Assembly: GCA_020137815.1 (NCBI GenBank)
Contig: CM035350.1
Coordinates: forward strand, 9,796,001 to 9,860,000
From: Hormiphora californensis
Taxonomy: Eukaryota; Animalia; Ctenophora
DNA length: 64,000 nucleotides
Direction: 5' to 3'
Shown here in pieces: positions 36,570 to 51,301 of the stretch (position 1 is its first letter; each line of letters begins with the position of its first letter). Made by a program: the position numbers and the translations under genes. The notes below the pieces were generated by a model. That model had not been told where the DNA came from. It ran no database searches and saw only the letters and a program-made list of their open reading frames with translations.

Positions 36570-36987
36570 TACCTAGAGGCTCACGCCTCAAATTAATTTG
36601 TTTAAAGTAGTGTTGAAAAGTTTGAAAAGTTTGGTAGTCATAGACTACTGTAGACCCTTTCAAAGGATAACGAGTTGTCTATAATCAAAACTGTGTTGTA
36701 TTTGTTGTTGATATAGCTCAATTGTTGCTTAAATTAGTGCCCTCTTGTCCCATCGGTGTGCAGTCTTACCGACGAATTGAACGAAGACCGAAATGAAAGA
36801 TTAAGCTTTCGTGAAATAATGCGAATCAGTGTGATATCGATCAATATGATACTAATATATGATTTGCGTCTAGCTACTCTGGCTCCTTCCATTTTGTTGG
36901 TGGTTATTTGCTAAAATTTCCAATAGAAATTCTGCCTCATCACACAATATCCCATAGCTATGTTATGAGATACAGGAGCCTACGAAC

Positions 36988-37487
36988 ATGATCTGTTCTC
37001 TCATCTCACGACGATGCATCAGTACAACTTCATCAGTATTTAAAATGCCAGCCCCTAAAAAGAGGAGAGACGGACCAAAGCAGGCAAAGAAAGCGCCTCC
37101 TCCCCCAAAAGTCACCATGCTGCAAGTGAAAGAGAGGTATTTGGAGGAAATGCCACCCCTTCCTTATCACGCATACCCTGATGAGCGGTGTTTCCTTGAG
37201 GGCCACTGTCGCACTGCCCCTTACCTCTCAGAGGAGGAGTGGAATGTTAGAGTTGAGCTAGAGAAGGATCATGCTCGTTACATGAACCAACATTGGATGG
37301 ATGTTAGGAGGAATCACAGGAAACAAGTCCACTTGAGAGAGAGGGCTCTACGGCACCTACAAGAATGTGAAGGGAGAACTATATAGTGCTGCCTATCACA
37401 TTCGACTTTGATCAGTTTCCTGCTCAGTACAGTGGGTTAAAGGACTCACCTGCCAACCCCCAGCACATTCCCCCCATTAAGGGTTGA
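36988..37487 (+). CDS. MRPL40: Mitochondrial ribosomal protein L40 (mL40); two +1 indels near 37372 and 37394
   Basis: Presequence-like N-terminus; LSEEEWNVRVELEKDHARY...RERALRHLQE; the corrected frame continues ELYSAAITFDFDQFPAQYSGLKDSPANPQHIPP, matching the mL40 C-terminal pattern. Confidence 0.7.
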
Positions 37488-37803
37488 GAGTGTATTGTTA
37501 CTGAAGGAGGAGGCAGTTGCGACTAATGCCTCAGTTAAAGTAAATGCGAGGGAAGAGTATAACTTGCTTAAAAAGAAAGAGAAATCTCCCCCCAGTGTTG
37601 AAGAGTCATGTTGCTGCGAATGTTAGTTTGTGAATATATATTTATACTGTTTTATGTTTTGATATAATCAACTTTTGAACCAAAACAGCTTTTTAATATT
37701 CTCTCCGGACAATCTCCCTTCTGTTCTTTTTACTTTTTAGTAACTAATTATCTTCACCAATTGTTTATGACCTCATTTTTAACCCCCCCTCACCTCTCCA
37801 ACG

Positions 37804-38586
37804 ATGTACGCTGCACGTCTCTGCTCCCGAGTTGCCGTTGCCCAGCCTCTGATCCGCCCCCTGGCTGCTGTTCAGCCCGTCTTCGCCGTGCGATCCTTCC
37901 AGACCACTGCTTTGAAGACCGCGGACGTACGTTCCGGTTCAAAGTCAAAGAAAGAGGTTAGGATCCTCAGGAAGAAAGTTAACTTGTTGAGTGAATTGAG
38001 TGTATTGTTACTGAAGGACGATGCGAAGGAACAATCTATTTTGAAAAAGAAATCGGGGAAAAAAGAAAGAAAGAAAAAGAAAGCTTCCCCCAGTGTTGAA
38101 GAGTCGGTTGCTGCTTCAGCCAAGGTTAAGGACGATGCGAAGGAACAATATATTTTGAAAAAGAAATCGGGGAAAAAAGAAAGAAAGAAAAAGAAAGCTT
38201 CCCCCAGTGTTGAAGAGTCGGTTGCTGCTTCAGCCAAGGTTAAGGCGTCCAGTGCGATAGACAGGTCCAACAACCTCATTTTGTACGGGTTGACAGAGTC
38301 CGAGGGAGAGAAGACTGAGGATGTTGTTCTAAATGTTTTGGAACACACAAATGAGAAACTGGAACTGGTAAGCTGTGAGAGGCTTGGCAAAAAGAAGAAC
38401 CTCAAGAAAGGGAGGACGCGGCCTGTCAGGGTGATACTTCGCGACCGAGATATAGTACGCTCCATTCTGGCAAAGTCTGAGATGCTGAGGGAAGTGGAGG
38501 GAATGGAAGATGTGTACATTAGTCCATACATGACTTTTGAAGAGAGAAGAAAGAGGGGAATGAAGGAGAGTGTTTCGGTGATGTAA
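37804..38586 (+). CDS. Chimeric ORF: ATP synthase c presequence + duplicated Lys-rich segment + LINE ORF1-like RRM domain (260 aa)
   Basis: First ~38 codons near-identical to 39695-39808; 117-bp internal duplication; RSNNLILYGLTE...CERLG...RPVRVIL...VYISPYMTFEER. Confidence 0.75.
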   Translation: MYAARLCSRVAVAQPLIRPLAAVQPVFAVRSFQTTALKTADVRSGSKSKKEVRILRKKVNLLSELSVLLLKDDAKEQSILKKKSGKKERKKKKASPSVEESVAASAKVKDDAKEQYILKKKSGKKERKKKKASPSVEESVAASAKVKASSAIDRSNNLILYGLTESEGEKTEDVVLNVLEHTNEKLELVSCERLGKKKNLKKGRTRPVRVILRDRDIVRSILAKSEMLREVEGMEDVYISPYMTFEERRKRGMKESVSVM

Positions 38587-38708
38587 GCGCTCATTCGATG
38601 CCTCGTTCTGCCTCTATATTTATCCTGTTTTTATGTTTTGATATCAACAACAACAACTGAAATACCTTTTTAATATCCTTTCTCTCTTCTACTCTTTTTA
38701 GTAATTAT

Positions 38709-38825
38709 GCTAACAGAACTTAGTTGGAAAGGTGACCATTTTGTTGTCAAACTGACATCTTTGCCCTCTCCGGGTTTCATCATTATCTTTCCCTCTCGGA
38801 TTGCTATCTCTCTCTATCTCTTTCA

Positions 38826-38901
<76 letters not shown>

Positions 38902-39043
38902 ACCTATCTCTCTCTTTCTCTCTTCTCAAATTCCCTGATTTACCTCCTGATTAACCCCATCGATGACATCCGTAACCCGGGCCGGGCAAAGGTGTCCGTT
39001 TGACAACATAATGGTCACCTTTCCAGCCAACTAATTTCTGTTA
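38709..39043. mobile_element. Inverted-repeat MITE enclosing a (CT)n tract
   Basis: ctaacagaacttagttggaaaggtgaccatt...aatggtcacctttccagccaactaatttctgttag. Confidence 0.75.
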
Positions 39044-39087
39044 GTTTTTGGCATAATTGGGGTATTTTTTGGTATCTTAGATAGATA

Positions 39088-39591
39088 CAGTGTGGGGCAA
39101 TAAAAAATGACCCCCCCCCCCTCACCCCCCAAGTCTACCAAAGTTCCAGAAATCGTGGAGCGCCAAAATTTGGTACAGTAACTCTATGAGACAAAAAATA
39201 ACTTGACTAAAAATTCAGACCTCTAGCTCAAAATTCATTTTTTTATCGGAATGAACATTGTCATTCATTCCAGAAAATAATATTTTACGGTCCAAAATTT
39301 AACCAATTATGTTTGGCTATCGATTAGCTTTCCAATGTGACAGAGATCAGCTAAATTGGACAACCACAACAGACACAGCGTCAGTTAGTCAGGTCATGTG
39401 ATCCTCACTGAATCGTTGAGTGCTCAGTATTGCGAATCGGTCTAAGCGGTAGAGAATCATGTATCACGGCTGCTAATGAGGGATGACGATGCTGATTGGT
39501 CATGAGATCTGTAGCTCTTTACCAAATTTTGGCGCTCCACGATAACTGGAACTATGATAGACTTGGGAGGGCATTTTATTGCCCCACACGG
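39088..39591. mobile_element. Tc1/mariner-type MITE (TA TSD)
   Basis: TA|cagtgtggggcaataaaa...ttttattgccccacacgg|TA with extended inverted similarity. Confidence 0.8.
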
Positions 39592-39694
39592 TAGATAGAT
39601 ATCAATCTATCTATCTATCTTCAAAAAATCCGACTTTATTTATGACCCTGTTTTCTAACCCCCTGAACTGTCTAACAAGGAAGGCTCTCGCACG

Positions 39695-40162
<468 letters not shown>

Positions 40163-40319
40163 ACAGTGCGTTGTTTTATAAGTTATATTTTGTGTGATCT
40201 TGAGAACGGTAAAAAAAGGTGAAACCTTTCTAGAACATTCGAGTCGTTGATAAAGTGTCATTTCCCGCGCACACATGTGTCGCGTTCAACTCAATTCCAA
40301 CTCTCTTTCTCTCTGTAGC

Positions 40320-41295
<976 letters not shown>

Positions 41296-41470
41296 TTATC
41301 ACCCATTCCCCCATCACCACACACAGAATACACACCTCTGTAGAGCAGAGGGTTTTATGCTTTATTTTCTTGTACAGAGATCACGCCAGTTATAAGAGAA
41401 CGCTATATGTAAAATCTAATATGTAAATGTGTACATTTTGTATTTGCTGAACCCAAAGATTTCAGTGTTT

Positions 41471-42021
41471 TCAATATCTCTCTCTGTCTCGGCTCTCCTG
41501 TGAAACCTTGTTCCTCGCTGGCAACTGCAAGATGTGGCAAATGGGGCGTCCTGGGTGTCTGCGCGTACACACACCTATAAACAAACTCCTGCTGACGGCG
41601 GTACTCTTCCCCTTCGCGCGCGCCTCCCTACTACTCACTGCCTCAGTAGACCCCCTGGTGGTGGCGCTGTGAGTTGCTGGAGTCGCTGCTGCACACACGC
41701 ACAACCAGCAGTTTCCGCCTTGGTACCAGTGCACGGTGTTGGCACACCCTGAACCCACGTCTCTCTCTCTATCCCAACACAAGATTGTATGCAGTTACAA
41801 GGCTTGTCGGCAGGCAACTGCAGCTAGTTGGAACACACATAAAATAACGTCATATATTGTTGGGGGTAGTTAGAAGTTATTGGTTGCCTCTCTCCACGCA
41901 GTAGTTACACCACATGTGAAGTTCAATTAGATGAGCTCCTGCAGTGCAGACACACACACACAGTCCATACACTGTGAGCAGTATGCAGCTGGAGAGAGTT
42001 ACAGTTGGTATGTGTGTGCTG

Positions 42022-42107
<86 letters not shown>

Positions 42108-43492
42108 TTGCATTCTCTTACTCCGTGGGCGTACAGCCTAATTCAGTGCTGGTGGGAAACATACTAAAATCCGAGAATTCTGGCGCTCTGAGGCAGTCTC
42201 TCCATCTCACAAATAGCTTGGAAAATCCTTTCTTTTTTCATCAAATCCTGATTTTGAGTCACACAAACATATATCACTTCCCTCTGGAACATTTCGCCAC
42301 TGTGATATTGAGAATCCTGCCTGAATGATACCATCCCATAGCAGCCCTGACCTCACCTCTACTCCATCCCCTGACACTCCTGCCCCCAATCTGGTATATC
42401 ACATCACCCTTCTCAACCCTACCATCCCTGTCAGTAGGGCTAAGGGGCACGATAGCAGCGACCCTCCAATATTTCCAGGCGGGTGCTACAATGATACCAG
42501 GTTGGGTTACACAGGGTATCTCTAGTGTCACCAGGGGGTGCTGTCTCTCATTTCCCGGTGTTACAGGGGGTGTCGGTGGTGATATAGAGGGTGATGGAGG
42601 TGTTATTGAAGGTGATGGAGGTGATATAGAAGGTGATGGTGGTGGTGAAGTCTGGACAAATACTGCAGTAGGTAGTGATATAACTGATGTTGAGGTTTGA
42701 GCGGACACAACAGTAGGGAGTGGTGAGGTCTGAGAGGATACAACAGTAGGGAGTGGTGAGGTCTGGCAGGATCTATCGGACGTGAGAACTGCAGCTGCAG
42801 GGGTGGGCAGTGATTGGTGGTGAAGTGTCGATACAAGGTCCTGTACCTGCCCTAACAAGTTTCTCATATCTTCTCTCTCCTCAGCAACCACCCTTCTCAC
42901 CACCTCCTCTAGTTCTACAATGTCATAAGGAGGTTTAAATGAGGTTTTGGGGTGAGTCCGTGGTGGTGAGGTTGAAGGTGAGGTGAGGTGAGGTTTTTCA
43001 AAGGTGTGATGTGAAGTGGAGTGTGGTTGAGGTGAGGGAGGAGGGGTGAGACGTCTCCCAAGAACATCCGCTAAGTGTGCTTTGTATTGTACATTCTGTA
43101 CCAACGAATCTCGTCTCTTAGGATTTCTCTCTCCTCCTTCCAAGAGTGTTAGTTATCAACTCCCCTACTTCACCGTCCAGTGATGTATGGGATGAATGTG
43201 TGAGTGAGTGATGTGATTCCCCTTCTTGACCCAGTGAAGTGTGGGATGTGTGTGAGTGATGTGACTCCCCCTCTTGACCCAGTGATGTGTGGGATGTATG
43301 TGTGAGTGAGTGATGTGACTCCCCCTCTTGACCCAGTGATGTGTGGGATGTATGATGTGATTCCACCTCTTGACCCAGTGATGTGTGGGATGTATGATGT
43401 GACTCCCCCTCTTCCTCTCCGTTATCGTTCCCCAGGGAGGTATGGGATGACATTCTAATATACTCGTCCACCCAGAAATCAGACATTAAAAC
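41471..43492 (-). CDS. PDZ-domain protein with His/Ser- and Pro-rich repeats; frameshift near 43140; exon limits uncertain
   Basis: GIIVA...VAAIVPLSPTDRDGRVEKGDVIYQIGGRSVRGWSRGEVRAAM is PDZ-like; SHHTSHTSLGQEGE repeats at 43180-43450. Confidence 0.55.
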
Positions 43493-44315
43493 CTGAACAG
43501 TGTAGTGAGTGAGTGATGTGTCATGAATAGGGTGATATAATCTTACAATCTTCCCCCGATCAACTGCTATCTCACGATAAGCTGATATAATGCTGTTATC
43601 CATCTATTGGGCAATCGGTAGCAAGAGGAAATATAAATGGTTTGTAAGGTGGGGTTGAGCGACCAGCAAAAAGGAATGTTCTAGACTTAAGAATGATGCA
43701 GATCATTTAGTTGTATCTGACCGATTGATCACTCTCTCTCCTCCCACCACCCCTCTATCTCTATCTCTCTCTCCCACCACCCCTCTATCTCTATCTCTCT
43801 CTCCCACCACCCCTCTCTCTCCCATCACCCACCACCCCTCTCTCTCTCTCTCTTCCTCCCACCACCCCTCTCTCTTCCCCATCACCCACCACCCCTTTCT
43901 CTCTCCCATCACCCACCACCCCTTTCTCTCTCCCTTGTCGTCTTGCATTCAATCTAGAACATTCCCTTTCCCTACATGGTTTTTAATAGTGCAAAAAGGA
44001 TCTATTAAATGTGAGAAACAACTCACACGTGTTACCTCATTCGAACTAAAACCTACCAGCATTATGTAATGCCAAAATGGTTAGTTCAGCCAGGTGGAAA
44101 AGTGATTTTCAAGAGTGGGACAATGAATGTTGTTGGGGCGTGGTATCCGGATTAGAAAAATACTCATAAGACATATACCGTTTGTTCCGACCAAATAGAG
44201 TCTGATTGTCTCCCATTCTATTACTACAGCTACAACATACACTTTGGAGGCGTGTCTGTTTGTCCAACTCTCCTTTTACTCATCTCTCTTTGTCTCCCTC
44301 TCACTCTCCTTTTAC

Positions 44316-44437
<122 letters not shown>

Positions 44438-45745
44438 TCTCATCTCTATCTCTCTCACTCTCATCTCTGTCTCTCATTCGTTTACACACAATCATCTCGA
44501 GGAGTGCTGCTTGAGAGAAAGCTTGAGAGAGATGAGTGTGTGTACAATTGTGAGCTAGGGGGGGGGGGCTGTTTAAAGAGAACGTGACTAAAATATAAAC
44601 GAGCAATTCGCAATAGTCAGAAAAGACATAACAAAACCAAAATGAACATCTTAATTCACTCTCGCTTTCAAACACCTACATCAAATCATCAATCGTAAGA
44701 GTTCTCTCTCTCTCTCTCTAATAAAACCCCCCTTTTTTCCCTCCCCCCCTCCCCCCTTTTTTTCCCCTTTTTCCTGGGGGGGTCTCATTTTCATTTTCCT
44801 CCCCCAAAACCAAAGAAGAGCAGAGACCCCTTTTCCAAATAATAGAAAGCCAAGCCCTTTTTTTTCCCCCCAACAAGAGAGAGATAGGTGGATTTGTGTG
44901 TCTCGGAACAACAGTCAACACCAACCCCTAACTCTAGGTTTGTGTTGAGGGTGACCCCCCCACGTGGGGTTTGGGTATGTGTTTGGTGTTTGGCCCGGTT
45001 TAAATTTTATTTTAAGTCTTGAGGTGGGGGGGGGTGTTTGGGCTAGTAAGATATATTCTAACAAGAGGAAGAAGTTTAGTAAAACTAAATCCGGAGTTTG
45101 GTCGGTAGTAAAGTACGGACTCCCAAAGGGGCAGGAGGGTGTTCTGTGGCGAAAAATTGTAAAGGCCCGTACCTGGCTTACTGTCTTAATATGTGAGCTT
45201 AAGGGAAAAGGAGATCAACCCGGGGAGAACCACAGATATACGTTGAGAAAGGGGAGAGAGGTAGAGAAGAACGTAAGAGAGAGGGAAGAAAGAACAAAGG
45301 GAGAGGGAAATAACGAGGAGCTGGAGGATCGATTAAAAGAGGGAGGAAAGAGAGAGAGAGGGGAGAGGGGAGAGGACGGAGAGAGGATAGAATTTCTAAA
45401 GAGATAACGGGGAACAAGGATGGATGGAGGAAAGGAGCAGCCAGCAGTCTTGGCATGCTACAAGGATGTAAAACCACAGGTACACAAAATTGTATTCCAT
45501 CTGGTTCGGTGGCTTGAACAGCAGGGTGACGGGGCACTCGCAACGGGTTCAAACGAGAACAAAACCCACGCTGCCTCCTCGCTAAAAGGGTGTGAACTAT
45601 CACACACGTCATGGGGGTGTAATCAATCACACACAGTCAGGCAATTCACACACATAGTAATCGTGATACTGCTGGCACACATGGCATATGTTATCAGGAA
45701 TTGTGTGAGAGAAAGGAGGAAGGGAGAGCGAGAGAGAGAGGAGGA

Positions 45746-45836
<91 letters not shown>

Positions 45837-46359
45837 TTGGAGAGAGGAAGTAGTGATAAAGGAAGGAACGAGAACAGGCTCATCTTACATCCTGATAACA
45901 CAGTCAGTAGTTCCTCACATTATCTCTCCTTCATTGTCCAATGAATCTCTTTTCTTTACAAGCCTGACTCATATTTTCTTAGCCTAGATTGGGTGAGAAA
46001 AGCAAGTCTTTTTTGAATAAATGAAAGAAAAGATAGAGATGTAGCAGAGAGGGCGTCCTGGGAGCTTTAATTACATTGCCACCACCCCTTGAAAAGGAGG
46101 AAGAAGAGTGGAGAGAAGGGGGGGGGGATGTATTGCTTGGTAGGAATGTATTAACTGGCAAGGTTCCAAAGGGTCTACCCCCCCCCCCCCTCATGATAGG
46201 AGGGACCCTGGAGGGCTGTATTACATGTGGTGTGGGGGGAATACTACGTGAGGAAGTACAACACACACATCGTGTTCTTAGCCAGTAGCAGCACGCACGG
46301 AAGTTTACACTCCACCACCACACGGGCTGCACCTATATCCTCTCTCTCTCTCTCTCTTT

Positions 46360-46475
<116 letters not shown>

Positions 46476-46714
46476 TTTGAAAAAGTCACCCTGGCAAAAT
46501 AACAAACAGTTTGTGAATAACAGAGATACCTAGGTGCAGGTATCTCATCATTTAGGAACAAATGCTATCATTCTCTCTGACTCATGATACTCTCTCTCTC
46601 AATCTCATTTTCTCTCACTTTTTACTTTTTACTAGACGATCAAGTTCTCTCTGATCCCTGCTGTATTTCTCAACTCCCTCTAGAAGATCCACCTCATCAA
46701 CAAATTGTAAAAGA

Positions 46715-46795
46715 AACCAACCGAAACAACAACCAATCAGAACTCGTTATTTAAGTCACGTGACTGGTTATCAGCCAATCAGGGACCAGTATTAC
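46715..46795. mobile_element. Truncated CAGGAACC MITE copy with a 22-bp flanking duplication
   Basis: caaattgtaaaagaaaccaacc at 46701-46722 and 46796-46817. Confidence 0.85.
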
Positions 46796-47340
46796 CAAAT
46801 TGTAAAAGAAACCAACCCGAGCTATTGTAGAAAGTTGTACAAAGATTCAATAGATATATATTGGAAATTGTCCCACCCCATTCCACGAACCCCAAAATCT
46901 CACAAAATGAATCTCTCGCTCTGCTCTAGATCGTTTTTCACGATTCGGTCTATTTCTATGTTTCTCTAACTCTTAAATTCTCTCGCTCGCTCTCTGAACA
47001 CTTAACTAACCCAAAACATTTTTAATCGCGCTATGTACATAAATTAACATAAAAAACACCACTCATATTAACGCAACATCTAGCAGTATATCGTTGCGTT
47101 GTTATTCCACACACGACCCACAGTTTAGGGGAGAATCGTGGGACGTGTGCGTGAGAGATTCGGCGGGTTTATAACGTCCTTTATTACTCTCTCTCTATCA
47201 TATCTCACGGACCCGGATCATACAGTATCATTCTCTCTCTATCGTACAGAAACAGCACTCAGCACTCAGCTCTCAACAGAGATATATCTCTCTCCAAAGG
47301 TTGTGTGTGTGTGTACGGGGGGATCGATCGAGTTGCGGCA

Positions 47341-50124
47341 TCACCCAGCTGGCTTACTTTTCCCACTCGCAGCGGTTGTTCCATTGCTGCTCGAGGTGGT
47401 GGGAGTAAAGGCGCTGTTAGTGGGCGAGTGGACACGAGATTGAGGTCGTGTCGGTATGGGCGTTGCTATGGGAGTCATGATGGGGGTAGTCATGACAACC
47501 ATGTTATAAAGTCTCTCCTCACTGATATCATCAGGGTGAAGGTTGGTGATGTTGACAGCGTTAACAGCCGCCATACTGTCCGACATTTCGGCGCTGTCGT
47601 CTGCATCACCCCTATGGGGCCACGAAGCCAGGAGGTGCAGGGGAGTAGATCGGGGTGTGGTCGAGGTCGAGCTGTGCCGAGAACTCCCCGCCCCCACATG
47701 GCTCAACATGTAGGGTGAACTCCGGAGAGATCTCATCAGCTTCTCATTCAATATCTCGCTGGTAACCGGTTTGAAGGAACTGCTCCCGCTGACGTTGAAC
47801 TCTGCCCGGGGTCGAGATAACGTTCCTCCCGATCCTGATTTGGAGAGTTTGGGGGAGGCATCACTTTTCGTTGTCTCAGGTTTAGCAACGTCCTCCCCAA
47901 ACTCCCTGGTGTCCACAAAGTTGACTGGTCCACAGTTCTTGTCGGATGGGAATTGTGCCGATGAACTCTCTCCACTCATCGCGAAGATCTCGGTGCCTAG
48001 TCGTGCTCCATTGCTTGGTTCACGTGGTTGGATGGCGTACTGACCGGGCATCAAGGAGAAGGCGTTACTGTAGGGGCTGGGGGTGACTAGTCGGGATCCA
48101 ATGAGCCTGTTAGCCTGGCTGGTTGGGGTCTCACTCAGCGTTATCAGATCAGTACCAGACAGATTCCGGGGGCTACTGGGACCTGATGTCACTACATGTC
48201 CATTGATTGGGTAGATCATTACCGGGGTTGGGTTTTTAATGGTCGTCTTGTTTAGAGGGGATGTTCTCCTGCTAGAGGGGTTGATACCTCGTACCTCCTC
48301 ATCCTCTCTATCTAACCGAACCCTCTTGGTGCTAACATCGTATTGATCCTGACCCATCAGTTGGGGCTCCGTCTGTGTTGAGTGAGTGAACATTATAGGA
48401 GCCCTAAAGTTTTTATCGATGTCTGTCATTCTAAACACCCCATCTTCATCATCAACGTGGTCCTCTTCAGGCCTCCGGGACTGGCTGTAGACCAGGTTAG
48501 CGAGGTAGTAATCGAACTCTCTGATTGCTATCGTTATGTGGGCGGGTTGTATACAAAGGGACTTGTTGGTACAGCACCCTGCTTTGTCCAACCTCTCACC
48601 GTCTGTAGATTCCAATGGGAACGCCTTGAATAGCACAACCATAACCAAGTCCAGCCGCCAAACCTGGAGGAAGTGGTGTTGTTATTACAAAGTGAGGTAT
48701 TTAATACTTGAGGGAGGTTTATGTTTTAGAAAGTTGTTAAAACTGTATTGTCCATATGATTGATTGTCCACAATATGTTGTTTTGATTTGTAAGGAAACA
48801 TCATAAGGTGGCTAAATGACATTCTTGTCTCACGAAGAAATAAAATTGACATCAATAACCCCTCCCAAAATACCCAAATGTAATCGAGTACCACTTACTA
48901 AACCATAAGTACAACTAACAAGATGACTAATGTTGTGTACCTGTGTGTGTGTTTACTGTGTGTTAGATTGTTTACCTTATCAGCCTGTCTCAGGCAATCA
49001 ATCCTCCTCATCTTGCCCTTCTGGTCAGGGTTCGATATGATGCACTGGGAGTTGTGTCTCTTATTCTTGATTATGGAATCCACAAATTCATCCTGATATT
49101 CCGGTTTGATGTCTTTACGAAGCTTAGCAAGCAGTCTGGAGGCCCATTTATTCTTCACCTCTGCTGCCTCCTCGTTCAACTCCCTCTCACACCTCTGCTT
49201 CTCTTTTGAGGGCATTTTCTTGTTGTGTGCCTTGTAGTATTTCCGCTTCTTGGCCTGGGAAGGAAGGGATGGTTAGGATGAATGCTATGGTAAGGGAGGG
49301 AGGGGTAATGAGTAACTTGGCAGTGAACAAGGCGATTAAAACAAAATTATGATGAACTTTGTAATAATGACAGTGAATTGTGCCTGTCTAAGTAACCTAA
49401 TGAAAAACAGAAATGAGCCACCAGTCGTTCCACCCACTACTGAGGCCCGTGAGTGACTGATTGAGACAGTGAGTGATTGAGACAGTGAGTGTTTGAGAGT
49501 GAGTAATTGAGACAGTGAGTGATTGAGACAGTGAGTGATTGAGACAGTAAAACAAAAGATCATGACAATGTTTTCATGTGCATTAAATCACCTGTAGGTG
49601 GAACCAAGTGTACGCCTTGCTTTTAACGTGAGGCAGCAGTTTCTCGACAAACATCGTCTGTCGAGCACTGTCCATCACATTTTTCTTGGTGTCATCGGGG
49701 AAGGTGGGCCGCACGGAGGGGTAGTGGTTAAAGAACGGGGCACCAGGAGGTCCAACTGCACCAGGGTGTCCCCCGCTCGAGAAATGAAAAGGTAACCGTA
49801 CAAAATCAAGATTGATGTTGCTCTGAGATGTTCCCTGGAGGACAGGGCGTGGTGGTTAACAGTAAATTCTCCCATATTGTAGAAAACTAGGCAGAGAATT
49901 ATGCATTTAAGTACAAGTATTGGGAAACTAAAATAAGTAGTTACCGGGTGTTCCTGTCTCTGGTGTCCATTGTGTAACCGGAAAGAGTGGGGTTTAGAGG
50001 GGGAATGGTGGCTAGCCGCACCCGGACTGAAGTGCACGGGGGGAGGGACTTGTTGGGAGGACTGCCTTGAACTCGTACATGGACTCTCCAGTAATTCCTT
50101 GAAATATTCAGATTGATTCACCAT
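47341..50124 (-). CDS. NFI: Nuclear factor I (CTF/NFI) transcription factor, ~4 exons
   Basis: [20 protein letters not shown]|AKKRKYYK...[14 protein letters not shown]...[20 protein letters not shown]|[25 protein letters not shown]. Confidence 0.96.
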
Positions 50125-50973
50125 TTGTATGATGGTACTACATATTTGTAGCAATTTCTTTTTGGATGAAATTTTAAATAAAATCACAAAATTAACCCAC
50201 CTGTTTTAGAGGAAAGCTGCTTGCACTAAAGTCATTTTGAGGGATATATTTTTGCTGGTCTATGGGGGCTAGACCGTTCATCTCACGTCTAAATCGGTCA
50301 TGCTACATGTACATGTGTATAAACTAGAAATTGAGAGATGACATTAAAAGATCCACGTGTCGATTTGAACAGATAACTGAATTATTTTTGAAAACTCGAT
50401 GTTATTTTCTTATCAGGAAGGTTCAATTCGAACTGCACTGTTATCAGTATAAGCGCTGTGGTATCAGATGCCTAAAGTTTCAACAGGCCATCAAGCAACA
50501 ACTATGGGCCATGGCAGAAGAACACACGAAAGTCGAAACATAGAATAAATATCGCTTTGATTGCCCCCCTTTGAAAGGGAAACTCTTTTTGAAGGTATTT
50601 AGAGATCCATGCCGTATCCTGCTAGAATACAAAGCGCGATTTTGAGGAGTTAAAGAAAGAAAACGGAGGTTGAAACTTGAAACCAAAAACTTGGCGAAAA
50701 CGTGGACAGGACACTTTGGCCAAGTTTTTGGTTTCAACCTCGTATCGAGCCGCGCCGTCAAAAACGCGCGTCGCGGCTTGCAGCGTATGCCAAGAGAGGC
50801 GCGCACTGATAAATTTTGAAAAATATTTGAAGAACCAAATTTCGTTTTCGCGAAAAACGTGATTTTCAAGTTCCTCCTCGGTTCGCCTCCTACTCAGTAC
50901 TCACTACTCTCCTGTGCTGGGCACACTCTGGATTCACATCTTGAGGCCACGGTAGTCATTTTGAAACTAGTAG

Positions 50974-51131
50974 CTAAAGTCCATTTTTATTCAACTGTTC
51001 ACCCCTCAACTCGTGCGCGTGCGATATTTTAATTTACGCTGCGCGCGCTACACGTTAACATGTGATAAACGCGCAAAAAAATTCCGCGCACGACTTTGGG
51101 GGGTGAACAGTTGAAAAAAAATGGACATTAG
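50974..51131. mobile_element. Palindromic MITE, possibly related to 62251-62405
   Basis: gtccattttt.ttcaactgttcaccc...gggtgaacagttgaaaaaaaatggac. Confidence 0.7.
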
Positions 51132-51301
51132 ACCGTCTTTCGAGGCTCGAGCGCCCCGCAACATAACACGCTGAAGCGAGAAGTCTTAGCTGATCAAAAA
51201 AACTCCTCTTCCATGATTGTTAACTATCCCGTGTATTTGAGGTTAATCTAATTTATACATTTTAATTTATTAATAAATACTATCCTCCTCAAGCGGAGGA
51301 C

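Noticed and set aside
44590-45410. ORFs in a homopolymer-rich tract
   Set aside because: Looks like low-quality sequence or degenerate low complexity; no domain signal.
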